From assembly GCA_965218425.1 (NCBI GenBank), contig OZ244621.1:32001-96000 (forward strand): a stretch of 64,000 bases of DNA. The letters run 5' to 3'. The notes beneath the pieces are model-generated. The model searched no databases and was not told where the DNA came from. It saw only the letters and a list, made by a program, of their open reading frames with translations. A program made the position numbers and the translations under genes. This DNA comes from an uncultured Candidatus Binatia bacterium (GTDB lineage: Bacteria > Desulfobacterota > Binatia > UBA9968 > CAXXLF01). Shown here in pieces: positions 9,870 through 19,451 of the stretch. Numbering within the stretch: position 1 is the stretch's first letter; every line of letters begins with the position of its first letter.

Positions 9870-10841
9870 TTAAATATAGTGCTGGATTTCTTGCAGACTT
9901 GGCGGAAAGAAAAGTTCTTCAACCTGGGGCCTCTTTTGAATCATGCCTTGTTCGTGCTCGTAGCGAACCACGGCTTCCAAAGCGGTTCGGTTCTCCTTGA
10001 GGTTGTACGGCCAGGGGTCGGTACCAAAAAGACTTTCCTGTTCCTGCATCAACTCCTTCACCCATACCAGGGCGAAGCTCCTCGGGTCGCGCATTCGTTG
10101 GTAGCAAATTGTCTTTGACTTTTGGAAGGCCTGTAGCACGCTCACCGCCACCCAGGGAGTCTTCTCCAAAATCTCGTTCTTTATAACCACCGTATGCATG
10201 GGGGGATAAATCCCGCTTCTTTTGAAATACTCCATCTCTTCTTGTTTTGGGTCGGGGAAAACGAGTCCCACCCTGGGGGAAGCGGTTCTCACGGAAGGTA
10301 GAGTCTCAGGATATATGGCCCCCTCCAGCTCACCGTTCAGTAGCATTTGATCGATGTTCTTTCCTTGCGGCACACGATGAACCTTCATCCATTTGGCCGG
10401 CTCGAAGGCAACGTCCTCCTCTTCCTGGCACCACCATTCGATGGTTTTGAGATCCACGCCGTAATAATCCTGCAGGATGCCCCGCATCCACAATCCTGCG
10501 GAGTTTTGTAAAGTATCCAATCCTACCCTTTTGCCGTTAAAATCAGACGCTTTTTCGATGCCACAGTCCATTCGCTTGATCACATAGCCATGGCGAAAGC
10601 GGCGATGAGGAAACACGGGGATGGCGGTGAATTGTTTCCCTTTATCGCGGGCGAGTATATAGGCCACAAGGGAAAGCTCGCAAACATCAAATTCCTCATG
10701 ACGGAGCATCCTGCCATGCCTCTGCGGGGAAGCCATGGTCAGCACATTAAGATCCACTCCCGCCGGTGTAACTGTTCCGTCAATCAAGGGCCTTAGGGTG
10801 TCGTAGTCCCCGCACCCCAGAGTGAGCTTTAGTTTGGCCAT
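9870..10841 (-). CDS. 4,5-dihydroxyphthalate decarboxylase (OphC/Pht5)-like periplasmic-binding-protein-fold protein
   Basis: LTLGCGDYD, EFDVCELSL, IPVFPHRRFRH, PMHTVVI, DPWPY; no signal peptide. Confidence 0.8.
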   Translation of the reverse strand: MAKLKLTLGCGDYDTLRPLIDGTVTPAGVDLNVLTMASPQRHGRMLRHEEFDVCELSLVAYILARDKGKQFTAIPVFPHRRFRHGYVIKRMDCGIEKASDFNGKRVGLDTLQNSAGLWMRGILQDYYGVDLKTIEWWCQEEEDVAFEPAKWMKVHRVPQGKNIDQMLLNGELEGAIYPETLPSVRTASPRVGLVFPDPKQEEMEYFKRSGIYPPMHTVVIKNEILEKTPWVAVSVLQAFQKSKTICYQRMRDPRSFALVWVKELMQEQESLFGTDPWPYNLKENRTALEAVVRYEHEQGMIQKRPQVEELFFPPSLQEIQHYI

Positions 10842-11440
10842 CCCGTTTCTCCTAACCGATTGCGGTATTCCTCGGGGGTATCCAGGTCGATGACAACCCC
10901 CTCAAGCTCCGTTGGGATTTCCAATGTTTCCTCGCCATGGGCGTGGACCACGGGTTTTGCCCCCTGATTGATGGGCGCATTGAGGAACTCTGAAAAAAGC
11001 GCTTTTGAAAATATAACCGGGTGTCCCCTTTTGCCGTGGTATGTTGGGACGACGATCAGCTTCTTTGAGAGGTAAAATTGGTCGATCATGCGGTTGGTCA
11101 ATTCTGTGTTCAGGAAAGGATGATCCACAAGGTGGACCAGGACTCCATCGATCCTATGGCCGGATTCCTCCACCCGGAGGGCTTTAAGGGCTGTAATCAG
11201 AGAGGAAAGCTGACCCTTGGGGTAGTCTTTGTTAATAAGGGTCGTAACATCAAGATTTTCGATCTTTCGTTGAATCGCTTCGGGGTTATACCCTAACACC
11301 ACAATGATCTTGCCGACCTTGCTCCCTTGCAGGTCCAGGATAATTTGCTCGATAAAAGTTTTGTCTTTTATGGGTAGCAGGGCTTTTGGGGAGCCCATGC
11401 GACGGGATTCACCCGCGGAGAGAACAATTGCCGCAATCAT
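10829..11440 (-). CDS. Nucleotidyltransferase family protein (MocA-like molybdenum cofactor cytidylyltransferase)
   Basis: LSAGESRRMGSPKALL, DHP, GHPVIF, DLDTPEEY. Confidence 0.85.
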   Translation of the reverse strand: MIAAIVLSAGESRRMGSPKALLPIKDKTFIEQIILDLQGSKVGKIIVVLGYNPEAIQRKIENLDVTTLINKDYPKGQLSSLITALKALRVEESGHRIDGVLVHLVDHPFLNTELTNRMIDQFYLSKKLIVVPTYHGKRGHPVIFSKALFSEFLNAPINQGAKPVVHAHGEETLEIPTELEGVVIDLDTPEEYRNRLGETGWPN

Positions 11441-11527
11441 GGTTTATCGGAATCATGCCCTACCTTCGTGGGCCCTTTCCCTGCGCCGCGTCCCCGGCGC
11501 CTGTTATTTGGCCTCGAACCGTTCTGG

Positions 11528-12346
11528 CTAGGGAAACATATACTCAATGGGAGGCGATTCCAAATCCGCTTCAACCTGCCTGACTCCTTCCACCTCTTCG
11601 AGGATGCTTACAATCTCTTCTTGCAGGGCTGGCTGGGTGAGGATCCCCGAAACCCGAACCACCCCGTCCTTTGCTTCAACATGGACGCTTAGATTTCGCG
11701 TCTTAGGCGCGGTTACCAGGGCAGCCTCGGCCCTGGAGCCAATGGTGAGGTCCTGAAAGGCCTGCTCCGATTCAGGCGTTGGTTGATACTCCTCCCGTTT
11801 CGAAGCTTCAACGATCAGGTGGGTTACCGTGTCCAGTGTCATGTTCGCGATATTGAGCACCAAGTCGTAGCGGCTGGCATCTTGCCAGTTGGCACCGAAC
11901 ACATCCTCCAGCCGACGGGTCCGGGCGTTGTTGACCTGTTCGATGTAGCGTTGGGCGGCCGTTTCATCCAAGCCTTCCCGTGCCTGCACTTGGGCCACCT
12001 GATACTCCATAGTGGCGGTGAGATGGACCTTCAATACATGTCGGATGCCTCGTAGGAGCTCGTGCCCCACATGCCCGTGGTAGACCAAATCCCCTCCCTG
12101 GACCACCTCACACATGGCGGCCTGGAGGGCAACCCGATAGAGTCTCAGGCTCTCCCGCCACCTTTCCCACCAATGGGGTTCCGACTCCAGGACCTCGTTG
12201 AACTTCGTTTCAGGTATTCCGTAACGCCGGCTGGCTTCCAGTAACACCTCTCGGCTCATGCAACGGTATCCCAGTTCACGGGCAACCCGTTCGGCCAAGG
12301 CTTGACCCCCACTGAACGCGCCGCGATAAATGGTAACGATGGGCAT
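11528..12346 (-). CDS. Cytidylate kinase-like family protein with C-terminal BON domain
   Basis: IVTIYRGAFSGGQALAERVA...YDLVLN kinase-like part, then VHVEAKDGVVRVSG...VEGVRQV BON domain. Confidence 0.8.
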   Translation of the reverse strand: MPIVTIYRGAFSGGQALAERVARELGYRCMSREVLLEASRRYGIPETKFNEVLESEPHWWERWRESLRLYRVALQAAMCEVVQGGDLVYHGHVGHELLRGIRHVLKVHLTATMEYQVAQVQAREGLDETAAQRYIEQVNNARTRRLEDVFGANWQDASRYDLVLNIANMTLDTVTHLIVEASKREEYQPTPESEQAFQDLTIGSRAEAALVTAPKTRNLSVHVEAKDGVVRVSGILTQPALQEEIVSILEEVEGVRQVEADLESPPIEYMFP

Positions 12347-12585
12347 AGGCTTACCCTCCGGGAAAAATGATACAATTCTTATTTTACCGCTGTATTAAAG
12401 GAATGTCACGTCTCCTGAGAATGGTTGTTTCCTGTGGACCCATTTGCTACGGTTATATACAATATCAAATTAAAGTAAATCCCGTACCGCGGTAACAGCC
12501 CAGTAGTTATGGACGTTTTACTTTCAGCGAGTGTGGAAGATTGAGCCCCCTGACCCATGAAGTATTCTGTGGTACGGGGTAAACC

Positions 12586-13704
12586 ATGACCCCCCAGGAA
12601 AAACTCAGCAAGGTCCGTGAGGAGCTAACCCAAACGTTCCTGGAACGTAGTGATCTCATCGATGGTGTCCTTTCCGCTCTCCTTTGCTCCCAGCATGTAT
12701 TAATTGTAGGTCCCCCGGGAACGGCCAAATCCATGCTAGCCGATGAGATGTGCCGGCGGCTCATAGACGCAAATTATTTTCAGTGGCTACTCACCAGGTT
12801 TACCACTCCTGAGGAGGTATTCGGGGCTGTGAGCCTCAAAGCGCTGGAGCAGGATGACTACCGTAGGGTGACTTCCCACAAACTGCCCGAGGCCCATATC
12901 GCCTTTCTGGATGAGATTTTCAAGGCCAATTCCTCCATTCTCAACGCCATCCTCACGCTGATCAACGAACGGACGTTTCACAATGGCAAGGACGTGGTTT
13001 CAGTTCCCCTATTGACCCTTTTCGGTGCAAGCAATGAGCTGCCCGAGGACGATGAATTAATGGCCCTCTATGACCGTTTTCTGCTGCGGTTCGTGGTGAA
13101 CTACATTGCTGAAGATTTTCGTTTCATCAGGATGTTGGAAGCTTCGGAAAATCCGCAGCGGACCATTATCAGCTTGGAGGAGCTACGGGAGATACAGTCG
13201 CAGGTTCACGACGTCCATGTGCCGGATTATATCTACCGCACCATGGCGGATATTCGTAGGGAACTGGGCAAAAAGAATATCATCGCTTCGGACCGCCGTT
13301 ACCGTCAGTGCCTCTCCCTGCTTCGGGCTCATTCCTACCTGTCGGGAGAAAACAATGTCTCGGAAAACAACCTCTTCTTCCTTGAGCATGCCCTGTGGCG
13401 CGACCCGGGGGAGCAGCCCGAGGTTCGTTCCACCATCCACGAACTCCTGCTAGGCTACGAATGGGAGGTAAAGGAACTACTCTACCAATCCAGGGAAATG
13501 CGCGATTACGCCATGCGCCCCTGGGAAACCAATGAAATGCGCGCCCATGCCCTGGTGGAAGTCCATACAAAACTTAAAAACATCCTGACCAAAGTGGACC
13601 AGATCAAGGAGAAGGCTGAGAAGCAGGGGCGACCGTTGGACCAGGTGGGAGCCATTCAAGAAGAAATCAAAGAGATCCAACAGCAGATGCTGGAGAAGTT
13701 CTAG
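12586..13704 (+). CDS. MoxR-family AAA+ ATPase, RavA-like
   Basis: GPPGTAKS Walker A, FLDEIFKANSSILN Walker B, ASNELP, ALYDRF, SDRR. Confidence 0.92.
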   Translation: MTPQEKLSKVREELTQTFLERSDLIDGVLSALLCSQHVLIVGPPGTAKSMLADEMCRRLIDANYFQWLLTRFTTPEEVFGAVSLKALEQDDYRRVTSHKLPEAHIAFLDEIFKANSSILNAILTLINERTFHNGKDVVSVPLLTLFGASNELPEDDELMALYDRFLLRFVVNYIAEDFRFIRMLEASENPQRTIISLEELREIQSQVHDVHVPDYIYRTMADIRRELGKKNIIASDRRYRQCLSLLRAHSYLSGENNVSENNLFFLEHALWRDPGEQPEVRSTIHELLLGYEWEVKELLYQSREMRDYAMRPWETNEMRAHALVEVHTKLKNILTKVDQIKEKAEKQGRPLDQVGAIQEEIKEIQQQMLEKF

Positions 13705-13752
13705 AGAACGAAATCCGAATCTTGGGATACGTTTTGGAACAATGATGACTCC

Positions 13753-13824
13753 CGCAAAGACGCAAAGGACGCCAAGCGAAGAGAACTGGGAAATATTTTT
13801 CTTTGCGCTATTGGCGTCTTGGCG
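13753..13824. repeat. Imperfect palindromic REP-like element built from CGC(A/C)AAG units
   Basis: CGCAAAGACGCAAAGGACGCCAAG (13753-13776) and its imperfect reverse complement CTTTGCGCTATTGGCGTCTTGGCG (13801-13824). Confidence 0.6.
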
Positions 13825-13876
13825 CGATAAATATTGTTGAACTCATTCTATTGAAGGATTGATGGGTAAGCATTTC

Positions 13877-15451
13877 ATGGCTGCGAAACGCAAAAAGGCC
13901 GATGCAAAGAAGAGAACCCTTCCCCGCCTACCGGAAAACAGTTGTTGGATTGAAAGCGACTCCTACGATCGCCACGTCTTTGGGAGTATTCGGGACGGAG
14001 CCCCGTCCCTGCTAGCGCTGGAGGAGGGAGGGAGCACCTTTCTTCCCCACTTTCCCTCGTTGCTCCAGGACATTTTCTGCCTGCTTTTCAAGTACAACGT
14101 CCGGTATTGGAAGGACCAGGAGGTCATTCCCAGCGCCCTCTTCAATCGGATTTTGTTAAATGCATTGCAGCAAGGCGATCATTATAAGATCCTGCGCGAG
14201 CTCACTCTTCTCGATGAACCCAAGGCAGGACTCTGCACCCTGCTCCTTGGCGAAAAAATTCTTGGGTTGCTGAGATCGGAAAAGGCATTGAATCGTCGGG
14301 ATATGATCGATTTGTGGGACGTGAACAAACAAGAGGAGATCCTTGAGGAAAAGAGGGATCAACTGGAGAATACGGAAAAACTCTCTGAAGAGGAACTTCC
14401 CAAAAAAGCCCGGCAGAATTTAAAAAAGGCCAAGGACAAAATCGAAAATGAGTTTGATGGGGCCGAGGCTCTTCTAAGGCAAAAAGCCAATCGACTCAAG
14501 GAAGAGTTTCAGCAGATGGAGAAACAGGCGGCTAGCCGCTTTCAGGCAGAAGCGATCAAGGTGGCCCAACAACTGGAAGATACGGCCGAGGAAGCAGAAC
14601 AGTGGAGCCTAACCTTAGGTTCCGGCTACCGTTCGCCGCCGGGCCGGCAGTTGGAGTTGGGGAAGCGGCTCGCGGGAAATGAAAAACTAAAGAAGCTTGC
14701 GCGCATGGTGGGACGGATGAAATTCCATGCTTTGGCCCTGCGCAAAAAAGTATTCGAACGTTCCAGCGAGGAGGTCCTGGAAGTGGAGCGGGGGGATTCC
14801 CTTCATCGTCTGCTTCCCCATGAGTTGCTCATGCTTCATCATCCTGTGTTACGAAAGGACTTTTCCCGCCGGTTTCTTGATCAAGAGTTACTCCAGTATT
14901 CCCTCAGAGGGATCGAAGAGAAAGGCAAGGGACCCATGGTGGTCTGTTTGGACGGGAGCTCTTCCATGGCCGGAGATAAGGAAGTGTGGTCCAAGGCGGT
15001 AACCCTCACCTTGCTGGAAATCGCGCGGCGTCAGCGTAGGTTCTTTCGGTCCATTTGCTTCTCCTCCGGCGAGACTCCCCTCCAGATTCTGGACATGAAT
15101 CCAAAGGAACGTTACGAGGTGGAAATGGAAAAGGTCATGGACCTGGCGGAATTCTTTCCGGGGGGTGGTACGGATTTCGAGAAGCCATTGGACGCGGCCC
15201 TGCAATGCCTCAAAAACTCCCGCTACAAGAAGGGAGACGTGGTCTTTATCACCGACGGGGAGTGTCAGGTGAGTGAAGATTGGGCGCAGAACTTCCGCAA
15301 GGAAAAAGACCGGCTTGGGTTCTCCCTTTTTTCCATCTTGATCGATGTGGGTCCGAGTTCTTTTGGCACCCTCAAGGAGTTCAGCGATAAGATCACTACC
15401 ATCCAGCAACTCACCGGCGACGAAGCCCAGGATATTTTCGTTAAATTTTAA
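13877..15451 (+). CDS. VWA domain protein, ViaA-like partner of the AAA+ ATPase
   Basis: RLLPHE, KGPMVVCLDGSSSM MIDAS (DxSxS), GGGTDF, FITDG; coiled-coil middle region. Confidence 0.9.
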   Translation: MAAKRKKADAKKRTLPRLPENSCWIESDSYDRHVFGSIRDGAPSLLALEEGGSTFLPHFPSLLQDIFCLLFKYNVRYWKDQEVIPSALFNRILLNALQQGDHYKILRELTLLDEPKAGLCTLLLGEKILGLLRSEKALNRRDMIDLWDVNKQEEILEEKRDQLENTEKLSEEELPKKARQNLKKAKDKIENEFDGAEALLRQKANRLKEEFQQMEKQAASRFQAEAIKVAQQLEDTAEEAEQWSLTLGSGYRSPPGRQLELGKRLAGNEKLKKLARMVGRMKFHALALRKKVFERSSEEVLEVERGDSLHRLLPHELLMLHHPVLRKDFSRRFLDQELLQYSLRGIEEKGKGPMVVCLDGSSSMAGDKEVWSKAVTLTLLEIARRQRRFFRSICFSSGETPLQILDMNPKERYEVEMEKVMDLAEFFPGGGTDFEKPLDAALQCLKNSRYKKGDVVFITDGECQVSEDWAQNFRKEKDRLGFSLFSILIDVGPSSFGTLKEFSDKITTIQQLTGDEAQDIFVKF

Positions 15452-15464
15452 TCGAATTTTTCCG

Positions 15465-16070
15465 TTATAAAATGACCTTGACTGAAGGACGGTCCTTTAT
15501 CCTCTTGTGCCATTGGCTCAATTTGGGGAAGGCCGGGTCCGATAGGAGACCCCAATCCGCTAATCGGTTGAAGCGCGGGATCAATGCGGCATCCACCAGT
15601 GAAAAGTCCCCAGCCAGGTAGGGGTGATCGGCAAGGCCCTCCTCGAACGGAACCAGTAGCTCTTTGAGTTCCTTTTTGCCCTCCTCCATGGCCTGTTGGT
15701 TTCGTTCCTTTTCTTCCTTTACGAGTTCCATACGAACCTTACGATATGGAGGGTCCAGATGACTCATGCCATAGTCGATTAGGATGCGGATCTTTGCCTT
15801 TTTAGCGGGGTCCTTGGGCAAAAGTGGCGGCTCGGGATATTTTTCTTCGAGATATTCATTGATAAGGCAAGACTCGTAAAGGATCGTGTCACCGTCGCCA
15901 ATCACGGGGACCTTTCCATACGGGTTTAGCTTGAGAAACTCAGGACATTTCTGCTCTCGTTTTGGCAGGTCAATGGGGATAATCTCATAGGGTAGTCTCT
16001 TTTCCTCGAGTACCACTTTTACCCGCTGGCAGTTTGGCGAGGTGGTATAGTCGTACAGTTTGATGCTCAT
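15465..16070 (-). CDS. Glutathione S-transferase family protein
   Basis: SPNCQRV, NPYGKVP, YESCLINEYLEE, FSLVD. Confidence 0.92.
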   Translation of the reverse strand: MSIKLYDYTTSPNCQRVKVVLEEKRLPYEIIPIDLPKREQKCPEFLKLNPYGKVPVIGDGDTILYESCLINEYLEEKYPEPPLLPKDPAKKAKIRILIDYGMSHLDPPYRKVRMELVKEEKERNQQAMEEGKKELKELLVPFEEGLADHPYLAGDFSLVDAALIPRFNRLADWGLLSDPAFPKLSQWHKRIKDRPSVKVIL

Positions 16071-17017
16071 GGTTTTCCTCCTTCGGTAGATACGATGTGG
16101 TCGATCTCTTTGAGCTCTTCGGTTGAAAGTTTCCAGTCCAGGGAGCGCTGGTTGGCCACCACCTGCTCCGGTTTAGTTGCGCCGGCAATAACGGTACTCA
16201 CAGAGGGGTTAGCGAGGAGCCAGGCCAGGGCCAACTCCAGCACCGGGCGGCCGTGCTTCTCAGCGAACCGTTCCAGGCCCGCCAGAATGGAAAAGTTCCT
16301 TTTGGAGAAGCGCTTCTCCGACTCTGTCCTTCCGGCAAAGCGTGAGCCTTCAGGGGCAGGTTTTCCAGGGCGATATTTGCCAGTGAGGAGACCTCCCTCC
16401 AGGGGAAAGTAAGGAATGATGCCGAGACCATAGGCCCGGCAAAACGGCACCAATTCCCTCTCGATCTCCCGTTTCAATAGGTTGTAATAGGGCTGCACCG
16501 AGACGAAAGCATTGAGATTCAGCATTTTTGATGTCCACACGGCTTCACAGACTTGCCATGCCGTAACCCCAGAGCATCCGATGTAACGCACTTTGCCATT
16601 ACGAACGGAGTCATCGAGGGCGCGAAGGGTTTCTTCGATGGGTGTGTGTGGGTCATGGATGTGAAGCTGGTGGAGGTCGATATAATCTGTATTGAGACGG
16701 GATAAACTACCTTCCAGTTGTTCTATGATATGCCTTCGTGATGCGCCTCGGTCATTGGGTCCTTCTCCCATGGCACGTCCGAACTTTGTGGCGATTAGAA
16801 CCTGCTGCCTCTTAGATTTCAAAGACTTTCCTATGATCTCCTCAGACAGGCACGGCCCGTACATGTTGGCCGTATCGAGAAAATTGACCCCCAGGTCCAG
16901 AGCCTGGTCAATGACCCTCTTTGATTGCTTTTCGTCGGTTCGCCGTCCAAAGCTGTTGGTGCCCAATCCGAGGGCTGAAACCTTAAGTCCGGAAGTTCCA
17001 AGAGACCGGTATTCCAT
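16067..17017 (-). CDS. Aldo/keto reductase
   Basis: MEYRSLGTSGLKVS, DTANMYG, IATK, DYIDL, GKVRYIG. Confidence 0.93.
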   Translation of the reverse strand: MEYRSLGTSGLKVSALGLGTNSFGRRTDEKQSKRVIDQALDLGVNFLDTANMYGPCLSEEIIGKSLKSKRQQVLIATKFGRAMGEGPNDRGASRRHIIEQLEGSLSRLNTDYIDLHQLHIHDPHTPIEETLRALDDSVRNGKVRYIGCSGVTAWQVCEAVWTSKMLNLNAFVSVQPYYNLLKREIERELVPFCRAYGLGIIPYFPLEGGLLTGKYRPGKPAPEGSRFAGRTESEKRFSKRNFSILAGLERFAEKHGRPVLELALAWLLANPSVSTVIAGATKPEQVVANQRSLDWKLSTEELKEIDHIVSTEGGKP

Positions 17018-17068
17018 AGAAGTTTCCCTTCGCTACGCTGTATTAACCAATTGGGTTACAACAAACCA

Positions 17069-17356
17069 TCAGGTGGAAAAGTCCGGGTAACCCAAAGGGG
17101 CCACTTTGGCGCGGTATTCCGCCATCAATTCGGCACGGTCCCCAGGCCGCAAGCGGCTCACAAAACCATTGAGCAAGAATGGATGCACGCCGGCGGCGTA
17201 AAGCGTCGGGTAGTCGATTCGGATCAAGGCGTCTCGTTCCTCAGCGCTTAAGCCTTGTTTTTCCACAAAGGCGCCGGGGTCCTCCTTGAAGGCGCGGAAT
17301 GATTCCGGGTCTTGAATGATCTGCCTCATTACTTTGTTCACCTGGTACCTATTCAC
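17069..17356 (-). CDS. LigA-like small subunit of an extradiol dioxygenase
   Basis: 95 aa with GLSAEERDAL...AGVHPFLL; 4-bp overlap with the LigB-like gene. Confidence 0.65.
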   Translation of the reverse strand: MNRYQVNKVMRQIIQDPESFRAFKEDPGAFVEKQGLSAEERDALIRIDYPTLYAAGVHPFLLNGFVSRLRPGDRAELMAEYRAKVAPLGYPDFST

Positions 17357-18210
17357 GGTGTCTTTCCTCCATCCATTTCCCAGTCCATATAATGCATGGC
17401 TGCCGTGACCTTTGGAAAGTCCAACCCTGTCGCCGTGGGTTTGGCTCCCCCGGCGATGCCCATCAGTAAGATATAGTTTAGAAAACCCGGTGTTACATTG
17501 CCCGCTTTGATCAGGCGTTCGTAGCTTGCCTCCTGAATAACGGTTTCGGCGTCGCCGGCGGAGATCAAGTTCATCATTCGGCGGTCGAACTCGACATCGG
17601 AGGAATAGTCCGAGGTTTTGGGCCCCCCGATCTCCACCGCGAGGTGTCCGCTGGAAAGGACCCCCACTCGGGTGCCGTTGGGCAAGGCCTCAATAGCCTC
17701 TCGAACCCGCCGCCCCACATCGAAAAAACGCTGGGAAGACGGTAGCGGCGGCGCCATGACGTTGGTCCAAATGGGAACGATGGGAAGATCCATCTCGGGA
17801 CGTACGAAGTTCAGCGGAACGGTGAAGGCGTGATCCATAAGGCATTCGTCGGAAAACGCAAAGTCCACCCCCAGTCGAGAACCTTCGCGGATAATACCTT
17901 TGGCCGCGTCGGTATCGATCTTAGCGCGGTACGGAGCAAGACCGAAGGCACGTATTTCCCCCGGGGCGGGCCCTTCGGTGGTTGGGGCTTTGCCCACCAG
18001 GAATGCAGGCATGTTATCCATAAACCACTGGTTCAGGTGGTCGCTTGCGACTACGATTAAAACGTCAGGGTTGGCCTGGGCCATTTTTTGTCGCATCCAA
18101 TCGTAGTCCTTGGCGGTCTGGACAATGACAGGGTCGGGATTGGGAGATTTTATGAGCGCCGGTAGAAAGGGATTGTGAGTGATGCCGATGATCTCTACGA
18201 GCTTGGCCAT
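17353..18210 (-). CDS. LigB-type (class III) extradiol ring-cleavage dioxygenase catalytic subunit
   Basis: ITHNP, ASDHLNQW, MDHAFTVP, SSGHL, EFDR. Confidence 0.85.
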   Translation of the reverse strand: MAKLVEIIGITHNPFLPALIKSPNPDPVIVQTAKDYDWMRQKMAQANPDVLIVVASDHLNQWFMDNMPAFLVGKAPTTEGPAPGEIRAFGLAPYRAKIDTDAAKGIIREGSRLGVDFAFSDECLMDHAFTVPLNFVRPEMDLPIVPIWTNVMAPPLPSSQRFFDVGRRVREAIEALPNGTRVGVLSSGHLAVEIGGPKTSDYSSDVEFDRRMMNLISAGDAETVIQEASYERLIKAGNVTPGFLNYILLMGIAGGAKPTATGLDFPKVTAAMHYMDWEMDGGKTP

Positions 18211-18293
18211 GAAAATCCTCCTAAATGGACCAAATAGCGGACCTGATATATCCGAGGCGGCTTAATTTTGTCAACAACACCAATTGACGAAGC

Positions 18294-19451
18294 TCAGTTT
18301 TGACTGCCCATTTGGTGGGACAGGGTGATCTCTCGACCTTCCCTCGATGACCTGAGTATTGCGAGCAGCACTTCTAGAGTCGCCTTGCCCCATTTCCCGT
18401 CTGTGGACACGTGGGTCCTACCGTTTACTGCGTTGAAGAGGTTCAAGAGCTCCGTCCCTCGATCCAAGTAGGGAGTGCAGTGTACTGCTTGTCGTCCCTT
18501 ATCCGTATAGAGGAAAAGACCTTCGGGGGATTGTCTGATGTCTCCGCCTTCGCAGCTTACCAGAGTCAGACCAAAGAAAGGTTGAAACGCTTCTTTTCCT
18601 TTTTTTCTCAATTCCGACCTGCGTGGCATGGCGTACCGTTCGGAGGGGTCAAGCGGTCCGGTGGGGACTTTCTCGTTAGCGGCTCGCTTTGAAACTTTAG
18701 TGCCGCTCTCTCCGATACCCCATGTCATCTCCGTCATGTCGAAAAAACCATAGCCGTTAAAAATTAGGGTGGCTGGAGTTCCGTCCTCGAATTCCAATAG
18801 AGCGGTAAAGTTCCCTTCGGTATCGAAATGGCGGTTCCACTTGCCCGCGATACCGCGTACCTTTGTAACCCGACCTCCTCCAATGTGGCGAACGATATCA
18901 ACCTGGTGCGATCCCTGGCGGAAGACCACTCCCCCGCCCTTCGTGGTATCCACCTCGGAGGGTAACCGGGCGCTTCGAAGCCACCCCTTGTAGTTCCATG
19001 TGTTGACTTGAATCAATCGACCCAAGCGGCCGGAGGAAATGATCTCCCCTATCTTGCCAACCGGGGGATCGTTGGCCTTCGAATGTACCAATAACGTTAC
19101 CTTGTTATTTTCCGAAGCCTCAATCATGCGGTCACATTCCTGGAGGGTTACGGCCATGGGCTTTTCACAGATCATGTGTTTCCCATGATTGGCCGCCACA
19201 ACGGCATGCTCAGCGTGAAACTCATTGGGTGTTGCGATCCAAACTGCGTCCACCTCTTGGCATTGGCATAATTCCGCCACTGATTCAAAAGTTCGGACTC
19301 GTTTATACTGCGGTGGAAGGGAATCCAAAGCCGCCTTTCTTGTATCGGCAATGGCCGCGAGTTCGACCCCCGCCACCTTCTGGAAATAGGGCAAAACCTG
19401 GTGCCCTGCGTTACCGAGACCGGCAATTCCGAACCTCAACGAGCCCCCCAT
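18294..19451 (-). CDS. Gfo/Idh/MocA oxidoreductase (cis-dihydrodiol dehydrogenase, OphB-like)
   Basis: GLGNAG, CEKPMA, GGGVVFRQGSHQVDIVR; overlaps the Rieske gene. Confidence 0.85.
   Translation of the reverse strand: MGGSLRFGIAGLGNAGHQVLPYFQKVAGVELAAIADTRKAALDSLPPQYKRVRTFESVAELCQCQEVDAVWIATPNEFHAEHAVVAANHGKHMICEKPMAVTLQECDRMIEASENNKVTLLVHSKANDPPVGKIGEIISSGRLGRLIQVNTWNYKGWLRSARLPSEVDTTKGGGVVFRQGSHQVDIVRHIGGGRVTKVRGIAGKWNRHFDTEGNFTALLEFEDGTPATLIFNGYGFFDMTEMTWGIGESGTKVSKRAANEKVPTGPLDPSERYAMPRRSELRKKGKEAFQPFFGLTLVSCEGGDIRQSPEGLFLYTDKGRQAVHCTPYLDRGTELLNLFNAVNGRTHVSTDGKWGKATLEVLLAILRSSREGREITLSHQMGSQN

Noticed and set aside
12586..15451. AAA+/VWA pair as an anti-phage system
   Set aside because: No nuclease or effector gene is adjacent; the motifs fit the RavA/ViaA chaperone type
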